Source: Vicugna vicugna (taxonomy: Eukaryota). Taken from it: 64,000 bases of DNA. Below the pieces are notes generated by a model, which had not been told where the DNA came from, made no database searches, and saw only the letters and a list, made by a program, of their open reading frames with translations. The stretch is from NCBI GenBank assembly GCA_013265495.1, contig MU058213.1, forward strand, positions 7,022,066 through 7,086,065, written 5' to 3'. Below, in pieces: positions 12,323 through 25,904 of this stretch (position 1 is its first letter; every line of letters begins with the position of its first letter). The translations under genes were made by a program, and so were the position numbers.

Positions 12323-14146
12323 AGGAGAAGTGTTTGAATGATCAGTCACTAATGAGTCTGCCTCTTTTTTTCATATTGTCCATCTTGGAGAACTTGACTT
12401 GCTGGTAAGCTGTTGTGACACTGTCCTTGAATCCCGTAACTTTGTGAAGCAGAAAGAGAGTAACTGGAAGTACATGGCTGAGTTCTGAAGAAGCCTTGAT
12501 CTAGCAAGGGAACCTTATCCTAAGAAATCACATTCTTAGTGTTTCAGGGACAAGTATGACATTTCTATCTCATGATCAAGAACAGGGTAAGAGGACTTGA
12601 TAAGGTAGATCTGTGAAAAAGTTGGAAATTGCCACATTCATCCTCATTCCCTCACCAACACCAAGACACTGAATCTGCTTTCAAAGTACTGAGCTTCAGA
12701 ATGTTGTTTAAAATTTACTTCCTCCTCAGATTCCATGGAAATTGCCCTCTCTTCAGGGGATATAGAACTATTTGAAAATGCTTTAAATAGGCTGCTGATT
12801 TTTCTTATCTTCTCATCCTCTGAGAATTAAGGTCCTAATCTAGCATCTAAGTCAACATGTTGAATATGTGATAAACTCTGGAAGGCAATGCAGCTACTAG
12901 CTGGGGATGTGTTCTACCATAAACACAGAAAAACATAGGAATGAAGCAGGTGATGGTGGTGGCGGTTGCGGTGGTGTGCAGAAGTAAGAGAGATGGAGGT
13001 GGGGGGGAGGGGTATTTCCAGATAGATCAAGTTCCTTTTAAAGACTACCTTTACTTCTCTACCCTTAAATTCCATGAGAAAAACACACATTTTTTAAACA
13101 AATACTCCTTAAGATAAATTAGCTCTGAAGTTTCCTTCTGCCAGTTGAAATCAAAGCAACATTGACTAAAACACTAGCCAATCATAACTTACTTCATATC
13201 TACCTATTAGACCCCAGCTATGATTCAAACATTCTCCTTTGTGAAGATCAGATCTCTAAATATCCAGGTTTCCTCTAAGAATACCTGATTCTCTAACATA
13301 CTGATAAAAAAAAAAGTCCCTTCTCACTACTCCTTTTCAACATCATACTGTAAGTCCTTGCTAATGCAATAAGATAAAAAAAAGGAAATAAAAGGTATAC
13401 AGATAGGAAGAAATAAAACTGTCTTTGTTCACAGAAGACATGGCCATCTAAGCAGAAAATTTGAAAGAACTGACCAAAAAAAAAACCCAAAAAACAAAAA
13501 ACAAAAAACAAAAAACCCTGTAACTAATAATGCATTATAGCAAGGTTGTAAGATACAAGGTCAATTGTTTTCCTATATACCAGCAATGAACAGATAGAAA
13601 TTTGAATTTAAAAACAATACTATTTAGATTAGCATATAAAAACTGAATTACTTAGACATAAATCTAACAAAATATGTACAAGATCTATGCAAGGAAAACT
13701 ATGAATTTTTGATCAATGAAATCAAAGAATTAGTGGAGAGATATTTTATATTCAGGGATTAAAAAAACCCTCAAAATTGTCAAGATGTCAGTTCTTCCCA
13801 ACTTGACCTTATAGATTCAAAGCAATCCCAATCAAAATTTAAGCAAGTTAATTTATAAATTTCAACAAACTCATTCTAAAGTTTACATGGAGAGGCAGGA
13901 AACTCAAAAGAACCAATATAATATTGAAGAACAAAGTAGGAGGAGTGACATACCCCAATCTGAAGAATTACTATAAAGCTACAGTTACTAAGACAGTGTG
14001 GTACTGGCAAAAACACAGACAACTAGGTCACAGAACAGAATAGAGAGCCCAGAAACAAACCCCCATAAATATAGTCAATTAGTCTTTGATAACAGGAACA
14101 AAGGCAGTATGATGAAACAAAGAGAGTCTCTTCAAGAAATGGTGCT

Positions 14147-15275
14147 AGCAGCAAAGGAAACCATAAGCAAAACAAAACGACAATCTACAGAATGGGAGAA
14201 AATGTTTGCAAAAGATGAGACTGACAAGGGCTTGATCTCCAGAATATATAAACAGCTCATACAACTTAATAAGAAAAAAAACAAACAACCCAATCCAAAA
14301 ATGGGCAGAAGACCTAAACAAGCAATTCTCCAATGAAGACATACGAATGACCAATAGGCACATGAAAAAATGCTCTATATTACTAATTATCAGAGAAATG
14401 CAAATCAAAAGTACAATGAGGTATCACCTCACACCAGTCAGAACAGCCATCATTCAAAAATCCACAAATGATAAATGCTGGAGAGGCTGTGGAAAAAAGG
14501 GAACCCTCCTACCCTGTTGGTGGTAATGCAGTTTGTGCAGCCACTAAGGAAAACAGTATGGAGATTTTTCAAAACATTAAAAACAGAGTTACCATATTAC
14601 CCAGCAATCCCATTCCTGGGCATATATCCAGAGGGAACCTTAATTCAAAAAGACACCTGCACCCCCAACATTCATAGCAGCACTATTTACAATAGTCAAG
14701 ACAAGGAAACAACCTACATGTCCAACAAAAAATGACTGGATAAAGAAGTTTTGGTATATTTATACAATGGAATACTACTCAGTCATAAAAATGATAAAAA
14801 AATGCATTTGCAGCAACATGGATTGGCCCTGGAGANNNNNNNNNNNNNNNNNNNNNNNNNNNNNNNNNNNNNNNNNNNNNNNNNNNNNNNNNNNNNNNNN
14901 NNGATATCACTCATATGTGGAATCAAAAAAAAAAAAAAAAGACAAATGAATTCATATATAAAACATAAACAGACTCACTGACAGAGAATACAGACTTGTG
15001 ATTGCCAGAGGGGAGGTGGGTGGAAAAGGATAAACTGGGTGTTCAAGATTTGCAGATACTGACTGGTATATGTAAAATAGATAAACAAGTTTATACGGTA
15101 TAGCACAGGGAAATATATTCAGTATGTTGTAGTAGCTCACTGTGAAAAAGAATATGAAAATGAACACATGTATATCCATGTCTGCCTGAAGCATTGTGCT
15201 ATACACCAGAAACTGACACAACATTGTAAACTGACACAACATTGTAAACTGACTATATATACCTCAATAAAAAAA
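14147..15275 (+). mobile_element. Younger camelid-type L1 3' portion nested in older L1
   Basis: ORF2 C-terminus ([20 protein letters not shown]), 3' UTR, aataaa plus A tail; degenerate TSD aagaaatggtgct (14134-14146) / aagaagtcgtgct (15276-15288). Confidence 0.93.
14836..14902. other. Assembly gap (67 N)
   Basis: Run of N inside the young L1 3' UTR. Confidence 1.
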
Positions 15276-18178
15276 AAGAAGTCGTGCTGGAACAACTGAA
15301 TATTCACATGCAAAAAAAATGGATACAGACAGACACAGAATATAAACTCTTCACAAAAATTAACTCAAAGTGGATCAGAGACCTAAATGTGAAATGCAAA
15401 ACTATAGAACATCTAGAAGATAACATGAGGAAACATGGATGACCTAGGGTGAGGCAATGACTTTCAGATACAACACCAAAAGCACTATCCATGAAAGGGT
15501 TAACTGATAAAATGAACTTCCTTAAAATCAAAAACTTCAGCTTTATGAAAGACAATGTCAAGAGAATTAGAAAATAAGCCTCGGCTGGGGAGAAATATCT
15601 CCAAAACACATATCTGATAAAGGACTGTTACTCAGAATATACAGGAAACTCTTAAAACTCAATCATAAGAGACTAAACCATAGTATTTTTAAGTGGGCTA
15701 AAAGTCTTAGCAGACACCTCACCAAAGGAGATACACAGATGGCAAAGAAGAATATGAAAAGGTACTCCACATGGTATGTCATCAGGGAAATGAGAATTAA
15801 AACAAGATACCACTGTATACCTATTAGAATGCCCAAAATCCAGCACAGTGACAACATCACATTCTAGTGTGGATGTGGAGTAACAAGAACTCTCATTCAT
15901 CACTAGTAGGAGTGCAAAATTGTGCAGCCTCTTCAGAAGACAGTCTGGTGGTTTCTTACAAAACTAAACATACTCTTACCATATGAACTGGCAATTGCAC
16001 TCCTTAGTATTTACCTAAAGGAGTTGAAATTTTATGTCCACACAAAAAATCTACACATTGGTGTTTATAGCAACTTTATTGAGGGCTTTATTCCTCTGCC
16101 CTCAAGATACTGGAAAGACAATCTTTGTCGAGGCTGGTGAACACACCTGAAGCAATTAGCAGGCATCAGACACTGTACAATGAAGCCGTAAGTTGTAGGG
16201 CATAAATAAAATTAAATTCTGTAGAAGCCAAACCACAGGCAGCTTTAAGATCCACCAGGATTAAAATATGCTACCTGATGGTGAAACTACACAATTGATT
16301 GAACTATTCACACCAAAAACAGTTATTTTGATGTTATGGAGTCCTCTGAATGCCCTGCCACTAGCATGCTGTTAGATAATACGCCTCAAGTGATTTCACA
16401 AGAACAAGGGAAATTAGTGCTTTCAAAAGAGATCATTTAAAACAGGCTCCCCAAGATCATTTCTGAATCTGCAAATTCCATGGTGGATTATTCCTTGATT
16501 TTCACTCATCTCTAATGTCTATACATGAAATACAATGGCATAAGTTTTGATAGATCAGCATAATTTCAGCACTGCTATAATGACAGTGTCACAATTGGAT
16601 TTTTTTTCTTTTAAATTTTTCCATCTGCAATCTTCCCTTCTGTTACTTTGGGATTTTTCAGAATGGCATAATCACAAAGATCTGTGTTATTTCAATACCG
16701 TATGGAAAAGGATTCAAGCTAAGGAATTTTTTAAAGCACTGTTAGCAGCATTAAAGCCCTTTAACATATGCACTGGTAGGGTTAACACATCATCTACTGC
16801 AAATATTTTTTCATGTGAAGCTGACTCTAGTAATCATTCAGTGTAATCTGAGTTGCTTTTCCAGGAGTTCTGAGAACCCACTCTGTCCTCCCTGCTTTGT
16901 TTCATCTCTCCTCCTCCCTCTACTCATTAATGAATTTGATTTCAAGAGGTTTGAAGAGACAGCGGGTACATGGACTCCAGGAGACAACTGGTTCCCTTGC
17001 AAAGTTGAGTAGCTCTTTGGGGACTGAAGCCACAAGCCCTGCTCCTTTAATATGACGATCACACCACTGAGAGCTGAGAGGACCCATCTCCCCAGCAAGT
17101 AATAAATGAGCTGCTGAGAGTTCAGCTACCACAACCTTCACCAAGGCAGATCTAGTGTCTAAATTTGCAGACAACTTGTACCCGCTGATCCAGAGAGCTT
17201 TTGAAATGGAAGCCCTTAGAATAGAATAAAAACAGCTCAAGTATAATGCTTCTCTTAGCCCTGAGTCATTACCTACATAACAGCTATCTGCCATGAAAAT
17301 TAACAAAAATTTCTCTCCATTGCCTTATTTGCTCAACTTGTAACTAGCACACACTATCTGATCTGATTATTCCCCACAACCAAATCTCACTTTTTAGTAA
17401 ACTAATCAATTTGGTGCCATCTGCAAAGGAACACTTCCCAAGTGCCTTGAAGTACGTAAAGAACTAAAGGTAGTTACTGTCGATATACATTTAAAATTTT
17501 TTACTCTGGAGCAAAGATGCTGCAGTGGTGTATTTTAAACCTGATATTTTCCCTGGTTTCCTTCTGAAAGTCCTGTTTTAAAATTTTCTCAACTGAATTT
17601 TCAAGTAAATGAAATTAAGTACCTGATATAGTTCTGTTCTGCCTTCAATTTTTATGGTATTTCTTCAAAAGCTATTTATTGCCATTCTTACTTATAAACT
17701 GGTTTTATAATTATGCCACACATTCCTACCACAACAAACTTCCTTGCCTTTAAAAAGTGTATATCAGAATTTAAATGCTGGTCACCACGACACTGGTGGA
17801 CTTATCTGCCTCTCCTAGTACTGAGGATCAGCTATTTTCAACTTACTTCTCTTACAGAGAAAAAGCATAACAGCTATTAGCAAATAGTGCTAATATTCTA
17901 GGACTGAAACAACCCAAGAAATGCAGGGGGCCCATTTTTTTCTTTAGGTTAGACTCACACATTTAACTTAACAATGATATGGAAGTGGAAAGAAAATGCA
18001 ACTTCTTTATTTCATCTTACAGATGATTTTTCCCTTCACAAGCTCCCATCTACTATTTAGTGAGAAAGAGTTAAATGTTTAACTGAATTCAAAGCTAAAT
18101 CCTATCTGATTATTTCTTCAGCCCTTGTAGAAAATGTTAAGTCTGTCAGATAGACTTTCCTTCTTACTATTTCTCTCT

Positions 18179-18204
18179 TGAGAGAGAGAGAGAGAGAGAG
18201 AGAG
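18179..18204 (+). repeat. (GA)n microsatellite
   Basis: Direct reading. Confidence 0.95.
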
Positions 18205-18220
18205 AACATATGGGTCTCTG

Positions 18221-18440
18221 TACTAACTACTGTATATAAAATAGATAAACGACAAGGTCCTGCTGTATATATAGCACAGGGAACTATATTCAATATCTTG
18301 TGGTGGTCTATAATGAAAAAGAATATATATGTATGTATAAAAGAATCACTATGCTGTACACCAGAAATTAACACAACATTGTAAACTGACTATACTTCAA
18401 AACAAAAACAAAAAATAAAGCGTTTTCAATTAAAAAAATT
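18221..18440 (+). mobile_element. Short L1 3' end
   Basis: tatagcacagggaactatattcaatatcttg...gtaaactgactatacttcaa; TSD aacatatgggtctctg (18205-18220) / aacatctgggtttctg (18441-18456). Confidence 0.92.
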
Positions 18441-19594
18441 AACATCTGGGTTTCTGGAGATGATGGTATCTACATATACTGGTGAGCTAGAGAGAAAGGG
18501 ATCCCTTGGGCATGTGCTGGCTGGCACTTCTGATTCTCCATGACAATGTCCAGCTGTTGGGTGTCCAATCACTCTCAGTGCTAGAATTTACAGTTAGTGA
18601 ATGTGTGGTCTTTCTCTTGGCTTGACCAATTGGCTTGGGTCATGGTCCCAGGACTGGCTACCTGCTCTGTAGCCCCAGAGACAAAAGTACCTTGCCCTTT
18701 TTGAGTAAGCCTCTCAGGCAAGTCCCTAGCCACTTCTCCTTGTCACGCTATGTGCCCAAGTTTATTTGATGGGGTTACACTCAAGGTTACTGATAAGAAG
18801 CCTCATTCCAGAGACCTCAAGGAGAGTTAGACGGGAGAGGGGAAGCTGAAAAGAATCCCTTCGGCTTCAATGTTACACTCACTCACACAATGTATGTGCA
18901 AATGCTCTGGTTCATGACAGTCTGGGCACACCAGCATCGCTCATCGGGCTTCATACTTAGACTAAAGTTATTTTCCCTTTTAATATTCAAGCTGGCTCTT
19001 ACTCACCTCAGCCCACACTCCAAGATAAAAGTTATAGTATTTGCTCTTAAACCCCTCCTTCCTAACCAGGAAATCTAAAGTATAAGGACTCAGAAATACA
19101 CGTAAGGATAGGCTGATTAATATAAAATATAACCTATAATTAGCAAAGACTTCACTAAAGAACATTTAAAAAGAAATTCAACTTTTATCATTTTTCTCAC
19201 AATATATATAATACTTCACAAGAAGCTAATTATATCATCCAATAAGCCTTAGAAGACGATGTAAGGAACAGAAAAGAATTATTTATAAGTAGTATATTAT
19301 TCTCTTGTACGTGAAGTTATCGAATGTGCTTGGAAACACTTGAAAACCATTTCACTCACTCACAGTATACATTGAGCCCGACATTCATTTGCCATTTTTA
19401 TATTATCACAGAAGGAAAGTTTGTTCTCTTCAAAGGAAACTAGAGACAGGCCATTACTTGTCTAGTTTCAATCGTATTACAAATGACTAAAGCAAAATGA
19501 ATGAAGTCCTTGGCACTGCACACTGAATGTACATTTTCTAAACTGATGTCCAAGTGGAAATATATACAACATATTCTTTAATAAAGAATGCTGA

Positions 19595-19688
19595 GGGGTG
19601 TGGGGTATAGCTCAGTGGTAGAATGTGTGCTTAGCATGCACGAGGTCCTGGGTACCAGTACCTCCACTAACAACAACAACTTTTTTAA
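19595..19688 (+). mobile_element. Vic-1-type SINE with deleted B-box segment
   Basis: ggggtatagctcagtggtagaatgtgtgcttagcatgcacgaggtcctgggt-accagtacctcc; TSD aaagaatgctga / aaaggatgctga. Confidence 0.9.
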
Positions 19689-20199
19689 AAAGGATGCTGA
19701 AAAATAATGAAAGGAGTGATTTTTTAAAACCATGTAATTTTGTAGAACTTGAGGCAAGGCTCCTGACTCAGAACACTGGGGCCAGGTTAGAACGTTCTTG
19801 CCCTGACAAATTCCTGCCTAGCTTTCCAAAAGTGATGGCCTTATCCTATAATTAAAAGAGAAAAGATCCACTGCCTAAAACACCACACTCCAGTTAGTTT
19901 CAAAATGTGCTGTTATAATATCTAAAAACACCAACAGTCGAGTCTAAACAAGATCAGCCAGGAAAACCATTGTTCCCAGCATCCTTGGGAGACACAGTCC
20001 ACCCAAAACAACCAGTCTTATCACTCCAGGGGAAAATGAGGCAGGCACACCTAAAATCTGGCTTTTGGGACTAGAGGACGAGTCCAAGGGTCACTTTCTT
20101 CTTAGGCAGTCAGCCTGAAAATTCTACAGAGCACTTTTAAAATAAGCAAATTAAAGTCATCATAAGCCAAATACAGGAAAATTTTAATTAAATAAAGTG

Positions 20200-20530
20200 C
20201 TTTGTAAATAGATTGTCCCTAGATGTCTAGGACTACAGGACTAGTTCAATCAGCTGTGGTGCATCCACACAATGCAATACATAGGAGTCATTAAAAACCA
20301 TGTTTCAAAATGTTATGGGACACTGGAGATGTTATGTACAATCTTATTATATAAAAAGGTCATAAGAAAGTAGGATCAATTTCTTTGTGTGTGTTTTTAA
20401 ACATATATAGAGATTAGAAAAATGCTAGCAAATTTTATTCTCCTTGATGGTTTTTCCCCTCCCTTTCCTTTATCTGAATTTTCTTAAAATTTTATGCAGT
20501 AAATATTCATTATTTGAATGTTAGAAAATA
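20200..20530 (+). mobile_element. Old L1 (L1ME-like) 3' fragment
   Basis: cagctgtggtgcatccacacaatgcaatacataggagtcattaaaaa motif. Confidence 0.6.
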
Positions 20531-21149
20531 TTGTAATGATTGGAAAGTGATTAATCTGTGTATTATAGTTTCTAGTTGACTTAAAAGGAAGCAAAAGATT
20601 TGGGGGATGGTTTAAGTATTTTGGTCCATGTCCTTTCTACTGGACAGCAAAAGCCCAATGACCTAATTATATTCAGTGAAATCAGTCAGCCAATCAATTC
20701 CAGTATCTAGGATATCCAAAGCGGTTAAGACTTAAGTTTTTATTTTTCAGTTATTACAAGGTTAAGCTGTTAAAGAAATTGATATAAATTTGAGACAAGT
20801 CAACACAATTACATCTTTCCTTCTGATACGAGCATCTCATAGGAACCACATAGCTTGTGAACATCACTAATCATAACCACAGAACCATGAGTGCTGGTGT
20901 AAGAGTTTAATATCCACTGGTTCAGGCCTCATAGCTTGAAATGATGTTTAGTCACTAGATTCCTAGTTCGTATTTCTTGTTTACATGGTATTTGTCTCAA
21001 AAGGTAAATGCTACACAAATTCCAAAGAGCTCTTTGGATTCCTGTTGCAATCCTGTTATAGTGTAATCACTTTTTTTTTTTGGCCATTTCAAATGTGCAA
21101 GTTCTATTTAAGTTCTTATACCTACTTCTAGATTTTAAAATATATATAT

Positions 21150-22295
21150 ATATATATTCATTTACTGTTCGGAATAGTTAAAATATTCAGATGACTTAAA
21201 TGTCAAAAAGCACAAAATAGTATACTTTGTAGCCTCCCTCCCATCCATGTACCCATCAACAGTTTCGACCCTCTGCCAACAGACAACCACTATTATTAGT
21301 TTCTGGTTTATCCTTCCACAGATTTTGTCAATGCATATGCAAGCATGACATATATTTTCCTGCATCTTATTTTTTCAAAATATTATACTGCTATTCACCT
21401 TCTTTTTACTACTTAACAATGTACCTTAGAGATCTTTTCAAATCAGCACATAAAGAACACCCACATTCTATTTTACAGCTGCACAGTGTTTTTTGTATGA
21501 ATGTAGCGTAGTTTATTGAACAGTTTCCTATTGATAGACACCTAGGTTGCTTCTAATTTGTTTATAATGCTGCAGTCAATTGTTTTATATACATAAATTA
21601 TTACACAAATGCCTAAGTATTACTGTAAACTCCTGGATGTTGATTGCTGGGTCAAACGGCATACTCATGTTTAACTGTCACACCATTGCCAAATTGCCCT
21701 CCAAAGGAGTTGTACCAATTTACACTCCCACCAGCAATATGTGAAAGAGCCTGTTTCCCCATATCCTTGCTAACATAATATGTTATCTAACTGTTAGCTT
21801 TTGCCAAGCTGGTGGAAAAGTCATCTCAGGTTATTTTCAATGGATCTCCCTCTCTTATTCTGAGTGAGATTCAGCACCTTTGCACATATTTAGGGATTAC
21901 CTTTGTTTCCCTCTCAGTGAACTCTCTAATAAGTGTTCTCTTCTTGAAATTGGAGGGACTCTTCAAATACTAAGGAAATTAGATGTTTACAATATAGGCT
22001 TAAAATATTTTGCTATATGTCATCTTTTTAATTTTGCTTGTCTTGATTTCTGTCATGTATAAAAAACAGACATGCATGCATATTAATACACACACACCAA
22101 TGTTACTGATCTTTTCTTTTAAGGTTTCTAGGTTTTGTTACAGTTTACAAAGCCTTCCTAATTCTGAGATATAAAGTAATTCGCTCACACTTTCTTCTTT
22201 AAATTAATGGGTTCATTTATTGAGATTAAAATTTCTACCCATTTGGATTTTTCTTGGAATGCAGTGTGGAGTATGGGGCCAACTTCTTTTGTTGT
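21150..22295 (-). mobile_element. Old L1 (L1ME/MC-like) ORF2 end and 3' UTR
   Basis: ttgtaccaatttacactcccaccagcaatatgtgaaagagcctgtttccccatatccttgctaaca is the canonical antisense ORF2 C-terminal motif. Confidence 0.88.
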
Positions 22296-22579
22296 CTCAT
22301 CACTCGTTTTTGAGTAGTTCGTGCAAGAGGGGAAACACATGAAGCAGACATTCCTCCTAGCCTTACCCGGCTTAGCTTACAGGACCCTGGCAGCCAGGCA
22401 GTCAGTCCCAGGCAGAGCCTGGAAAATTCTATGTAGTCTTATCAGCCCAAGAACAAGGACTTGTACATACTGACATCAGGGGTTCTTCTCTCAAGACTCA
22501 GTGTAAGCATTATAAAGCAAAGCTCACGATCTCCAAGTCCACCCACGTGCTCCAACTCTTCAAACTGATTTCCAGTCCC

Positions 22580-22997
22580 TGTCTTAGCCTCCCCAGACTG
22601 CCATAACAAAACACTGCAGACTGAGTAGCTTCGACAGCAGACTTCTGTAAAACTATTTTCTCACATCCTGGAGGCTAGAACTCCACGATCAAAGTGCCAG
22701 AAAATTTGGTTTCTGGTGAAGGCTCTCTTCCTGGCTTTTAGACAGCCAACATCTTGCTCGGTACTCAAACGGCTTTTCCTCCGTGCACATGCATGGAGAG
22801 AAAGCGAGAGTGAGCTCTCTGGTGTCTCTGTTTTAAGGACACGAAACATGCTGGGTCAGGGCCCCACCTTTATGACCTCACTTAACTGTAAGTACTTTCT
22901 TAAAGGCCCCATCTCCAAACATAATGACATCGGGAGTCAGGGCCTCAACATATGAATTGTACGAGGGGACACACACACACACATTTAGTTCACAATA
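22580..22997 (-). mobile_element. MaLR solo LTR (MLT1A/B-like)
   Basis: tgtcttag...ctgccataacaaaa...ggaggctagaactccacgatcaaagtgcc...ggccccatctccaaac. Confidence 0.9.
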
Positions 22998-23949
22998 GTC
23001 CCCCAAACATCCTCAAAACAAACAAACTTCCCTTATGGGACGTCAGCATATGGATGGTGATTACCAACTTTCCCTTCTTTTTGACTGTTTGAAGCCTCTG
23101 GGGGTGTTCAGTGAGTTTCCACACCAGAGTGTCACTAAGTGAGAAAAGATTTCCCATTTCAGAAACAGTACATTCAGATTCACTGGGTCTAGAGCAGACA
23201 GGATCTGACATTGCCTTCTGTGGACAGTACCATGCCTTCTTTCTGAGTTTTAAGTCTGATGAAGTTTTGTAAAACTGGTAGAGATGAGAACGGAGGGACT
23301 CTGGTTAACTTTTGCTCTTCCATGAATATAAATGTGCTAAATTATAAGGCATTGTTCAAAAATATCTATTGATTAGGATATGGAAACACACATCTATATA
23401 CCCTGTGTAAAAACTGTGTTCTGCTGATGGAAAAACTCTCCACCCACTACTAACCCTTTAGCACAGGAAGATCCTCCATCATCAACAGAGGCTGAAGCTG
23501 GCTTCGCATTAGAGTGGGTAAGCCTTGCAAAGCAACCCAGGTTGGGACATCCATCTGCTACTCCATCAACAAAGTCATACCACCAAGGTACCCTCACCTT
23601 TACTTAGGTAGGGTCTTTGCCTCCCTCCCATCTATCCACAGGGCCTAGAAGGAAACTCTGATCCTTCAGCAAACCCAGCTCTGAACAGTGAGTTTATGTG
23701 AGATATGTTGTCCCTTTGTTTGCTGCTGACAAGCATAAAGAACCACTTTCACTGCTGATAATAATGGTTAATTTATCACATCCAGCTGAGGCTGACCTCC
23801 GGGTGTCCCAGCCCCTCCATCACCTTCACACCTGCTCAAGCTAATTGTTAGAGCCAAGTGTAAATGAAAATCAACTGGGCTAATAATGAATGGAGTCCAT
23901 TACTCGCAACAGCACATTGCTTTACGAAGGTTTATCAAGAAACATTATA

Positions 23950-24075
23950 ACCAGTCCCCCGGTCACAGTTCCCTGTTTCATAGATGAGGAAAAGCAAGCA
24001 AACAAGGGGGGACAAGCACACGAAAACAGGCACAGCGACTGGAACAGAACGTCCGGCTTCAGCTTCCAAAGCTCT
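23950..24075 (-). mobile_element. MIR fragment
   Basis: ccctgtttcatagatgaggaaaagcaagca. Confidence 0.55.
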
Positions 24076-25544
24076 GGAATAGCCATCCCTCTATTGAACC
24101 AAAACTCACTCATATGCAAACAGTAGAGGGACTAAGGTATTTCTGCAAATGTTGGCATCCTGCTTGTGTAAGCATTTGAGAGCATTACTGGATGTGAAGA
24201 CCCTAATTAATATGCTAATCTCGTTCCTCCATCAAACCCATTTTTTAAGGCTCCTCGAGTCGCGGCCACCTGCCCTAGAACTGCCCTGCCACTCCCTTCT
24301 GCAAGCACAGACCCAGCTTCCAAATGCTCAAAACGAAATAACCACATCTTCCATGAAAGGCAACTGTGTCAAAAGAAATTCAAAGAGCTTTGCTTGACTT
24401 GGCTCTTTTAGTGAGCAAGACACAAACTCTTCAGTGAACTTCCAAACAGAAGGTTAAGAAGCTCCTGGCTCTCAGTACTCACAAGCTCAGTTTACAAAGT
24501 ATGAATAAGTACATTGTTTTCTACTGTGATCTGTTACTAGAAACTTACATTCCTTTTCAATGCATAAACTTACGTGCTTGTAGTTGATTAGCTAGGAAGC
24601 TGTGTCGTCCCACTGACATGAAGAATGCTTCATTTCTGTTTAAGGTCAGAGTCAGCATTTTAGGGAAATCAGGGCAGTTTTACATTATAGTTACATGACT
24701 ATAAGTGCTTGGTCTACGAGTATATTCAAACTGTGGCCCCCATTTTAATTTCTTTTTGGCAACTGAGTATCTTTAACAGGCAGATGTTAACAGGAATTGT
24801 CAATGATAGTTTGAAGAAATCGCCTGGTGAAGTGCAAGAAATCACTTCCCATCCCCAATTTGGGGGGTTGATGTATATGGGGGATGTTTTAAAAGTTTTC
24901 CTCATGTTGTACTCTATTTGTTCATTTTTCATGTATTTATAAGCAGTCAAGTTCCCCAACTGAAGCCGTAAGTCAGAAGGAACATTCATCCCACAGCAAA
25001 TTCAGCCATAGCAGGAAATGCCTTTAACCCTCTATGTCTGAGCAGCACTTTATATGAACCAAGTGATCTTCTGGGCTTACAAATATGTCAGACCTCCAAA
25101 TCGCCAGTTTGAAGATCAAGTCATTATTTGTTACATTTGAATTAATCATTCATAGGATGTAAATAACCCCCCTTACAACTTGAACAAGTGTGACTGATTC
25201 CCCATGACCTTGATTCTTGTCTGACTTTCCAGCAAGCTGCCTTAAACAGGCTGAAGATCCAGCGCCCTGCATTAACAAGGCCTTTCTTTGTCACCTGCCT
25301 TCATCTGGGCATCTTCCTTACCCAGGCTTTATATCTCATGGAGAGAGGTAGTCATCAGTAGCATCTGTGTTATCTGCTCCACGACCCTTAAGTTTTGAGG
25401 GCACCATTCCAAATTTACACTGCACAGCAACTGCCTGTCATGGGGCAACGCCAGGTAGGTAAGCACACACTGCCCTAAACAGCAGTATCCACTGATTCCA
25501 GAAGAACAAAGTAGCATTGCTGTTTTGGCAGGGGGTGGGGGATG

Positions 25545-25780
25545 GGGAGTGCGTGGCGGGTAGTGAGGGAAGGTTTCATGGTCAAATGAGATTAAAAAAT
25601 ACTGGGTTAAATTACACTAGTAGGAGTCCTTTTTTCAAGGCAGAATTTCTTAGAGCTAATAAATATTATCAGCCTTCTTTTAACTTCCATAAATATAGAA
25701 TCCTTGTTTCACAGAACAGCAGTAACCATCATAGATAACACTAGCATTCAACAGGACATGAGTCAGAAACACTACTCTAA
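25545..25780. mobile_element. Old hAT-Charlie MITE-like relic
   Basis: catggtcaaatgagattaaaaaatactgggttaaa...aacactagcattcaacaggac...gaaacactactcta. Confidence 0.4.
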
Positions 25781-25904
25781 AAGGTCCTGCCCAATAAAGA
25801 GGGCAGGGAAGAAGATTAACAAATTTATCTACTTACACTTAGAGAGGGATTCAAAGCGTGCTAGCTTCATTTACAACAGAACATCAATGAATTTTTTGAT
25901 TCTG

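Larger units (their letters stand above)
13315..16082 (+). mobile_element. Old L1 (L1MB/MC-age) ORF2 fragment split by a younger L1
   Basis: Degenerate ORF2 (ttctcactactccttttcaacatcatactg..., RIESPETNPHKYSQL) resumes in register at 15289 (ggaacaactgaatattcacatgc). Confidence 0.92.

Noticed and set aside
16920..17306. 128-aa minus ORF and protein-looking plus frame (FTKADLVSKFADNLYPLIQRAFEMEALRIE)
   Set aside because: No recognised homology; the plus frame is bounded by stops and has no good acceptor.
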